A program made the position numbers and the translations under genes. A stretch of DNA of 63,836 nucleotides, counting the filler, from Limisphaerales bacterium (lineage in GTDB: Bacteria > Verrucomicrobiota > Verrucomicrobiia > Limisphaerales > SIBE01): the NCBI GenBank assembly GCA_044225505.1. It is 3 parts of 3 records of this genome, joined end to end, with 100 filler letters (N's around TTAATTAATTAA, not from the genome) between each part and the next. Parts side by side here need not be neighbours in the genome. Positions count along the whole stretch, not along the records: positions 46,128 to 63,836 come from JBGAIN010000163.1; 2 more parts are not named here. The stretch is one strand, 5' to 3'. Below, piece after piece: positions 63,060 to 63,836 of the stretch (positions within the stretch are counted from its first letter, which is position 1; each line of letters begins with the position of its first letter). The notes below the pieces were generated by a model. The model did no database searches. It was not told the origin of the DNA and saw nothing but the letters and a program-made list of their open reading frames with translations.

Positions 63060-63471
63060 GCGAGTAATCTGGTTCGGGGCCAGAGTACCCGCCTTCAGGC
63101 CAATTGGCGAGACCCCCAACTCGACATCGGCGAAACCGACTGACGACATTTTGTCCTGTTCTGCCCTCCGCAACGGTCAGGCAAAGACGAGGGCCATTGT
63201 AAGGCTCGAAGCCCGTTTGACTTCCCTAATTTTGGCAAATACTTCTCGTGTTTTGGGTTAGACAAGATAATCGCTTCGTTGACAATCTGCGCCTCACCGA
63301 TTGTATCCCTGATAACGGCAATGGGTTTCATCAACCACCAGAACTCTGGCTTGACGCGTGACGCTGCCAGGATTACGCACAAGGCACGACCCCACAACGA
63401 GGCCGTCTGAGGACCAAAACCGATTTGTCACCGGTTTGTAATCCTCCGCGACAAATGACCGTCCAACATTT

Positions 63472-63836
63472 ATGTCACCTCTTAACCGCCGCCAATTTGT
63501 CAAACAATCCCTCGCTGCCGTAACTTCGGCTTCGGTCCTGACTAGCAGTCGCGGGCAGAGTCCCAACCGCAAGGTCGTTCTTGGCGTCATGGGCCTGGGT
63601 GGCCGTGGGACAGGGCTGACTGGAATGTTTACAGCACAGCCGGACGTGGAGGTGGCCTATCTTTGCGATCCGGATACCCGCCGGTTGGCTGGGGCGACCA
63701 AGATCGTCCGTGACGCTCAGGAGCGGCCGGCCAAGTGCGTTCAGGACTTTCGCCGCATGCTGGAAGACCCGGCAGTCGACATCGTAATCAACGCTACCCC
63801 CGATCACTGGCACGCGTTAGGGACGATCCTAGCCTG
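63472..63836 (+). CDS. Tat-exported Gfo/Idh/MocA oxidoreductase, runs off the window (missing from the ORF track)
   Basis: Hand translation MSPLNRRQFV (twin Arg)...VLGVMGLGGRG...AYLCDPD...QDFRRMLED...DIVINATPDHWHA. Confidence 0.92.
   Translation, partial: MSPLNRRQFVKQSLAAVTSASVLTSSRGQSPNRKVVLGVMGLGGRGTGLTGMFTAQPDVEVAYLCDPDTRRLAGATKIVRDAQERPAKCVQDFRRMLEDPAVDIVINATPDHWHALGTILA

Noticed and set aside
1..63836. CRISPR arrays, tRNA/rRNA genes, integrase, transposase or reverse transcriptase
   Set aside because: None recognised by eye; the periodic signals are protein repeats.

Overview
Bacterial DNA, most likely from Verrucomicrobiota or a related PVC lineage; this is inferred from the protein families and a recurrent C-terminal motif, as no marker gene is present. 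The window is three contigs joined by artificial N-TTAATTAATTAA-N linkers (22984-23083 and 46028-46127), so adjacency across those joins means nothing. Contig A (1-22983) carries a cohesin-like PEP-CTERM gene followed by a giant (>5600 aa) LEPR-XLL surface protein. That protein is split by one frameshift at about 12535, and its 12.5-kb distal part is missing from the ORF track. Tandem SBBP beta-propeller genes are transcribed divergently from it. Contig B (23084-46027) holds a nested palindromic repeat element, a pseudo-receiver gene, a glgE-treS/pep2-malQ-glgB-treZ-GH57-treY alpha-glucan/trehalose operon and another SBBP gene. It also has a secreted tandem-domain protein + ECF sigma + zinc anti-sigma cassette with a candidate ECF promoter, bounded by 144-bp direct repeats, and ends in a partial GxxExxY gene. 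Contig C (46128-63836) encodes an isochorismatase-ThuA fusion, a holin-like membrane protein, a furin-like S8 protease, a TIM-barrel isomerase, a lipid kinase, a secreted hypothetical protein, a DHODH-like protein + nifJ, an outer-membrane beta-barrel, an OFA-family MFS transporter and a partial Tat-exported Gfo/Idh/MocA protein. Main leads: (1) a shared ~60-70 aa C-terminal domain ending R-F-Y/F/W-R on unrelated secreted proteins, one copy split in-frame across two genes; (2) the repeat-bounded ECF/ZAS cassette; (3) a possible cohesin-PEP-CTERM anchor for the giant protein.
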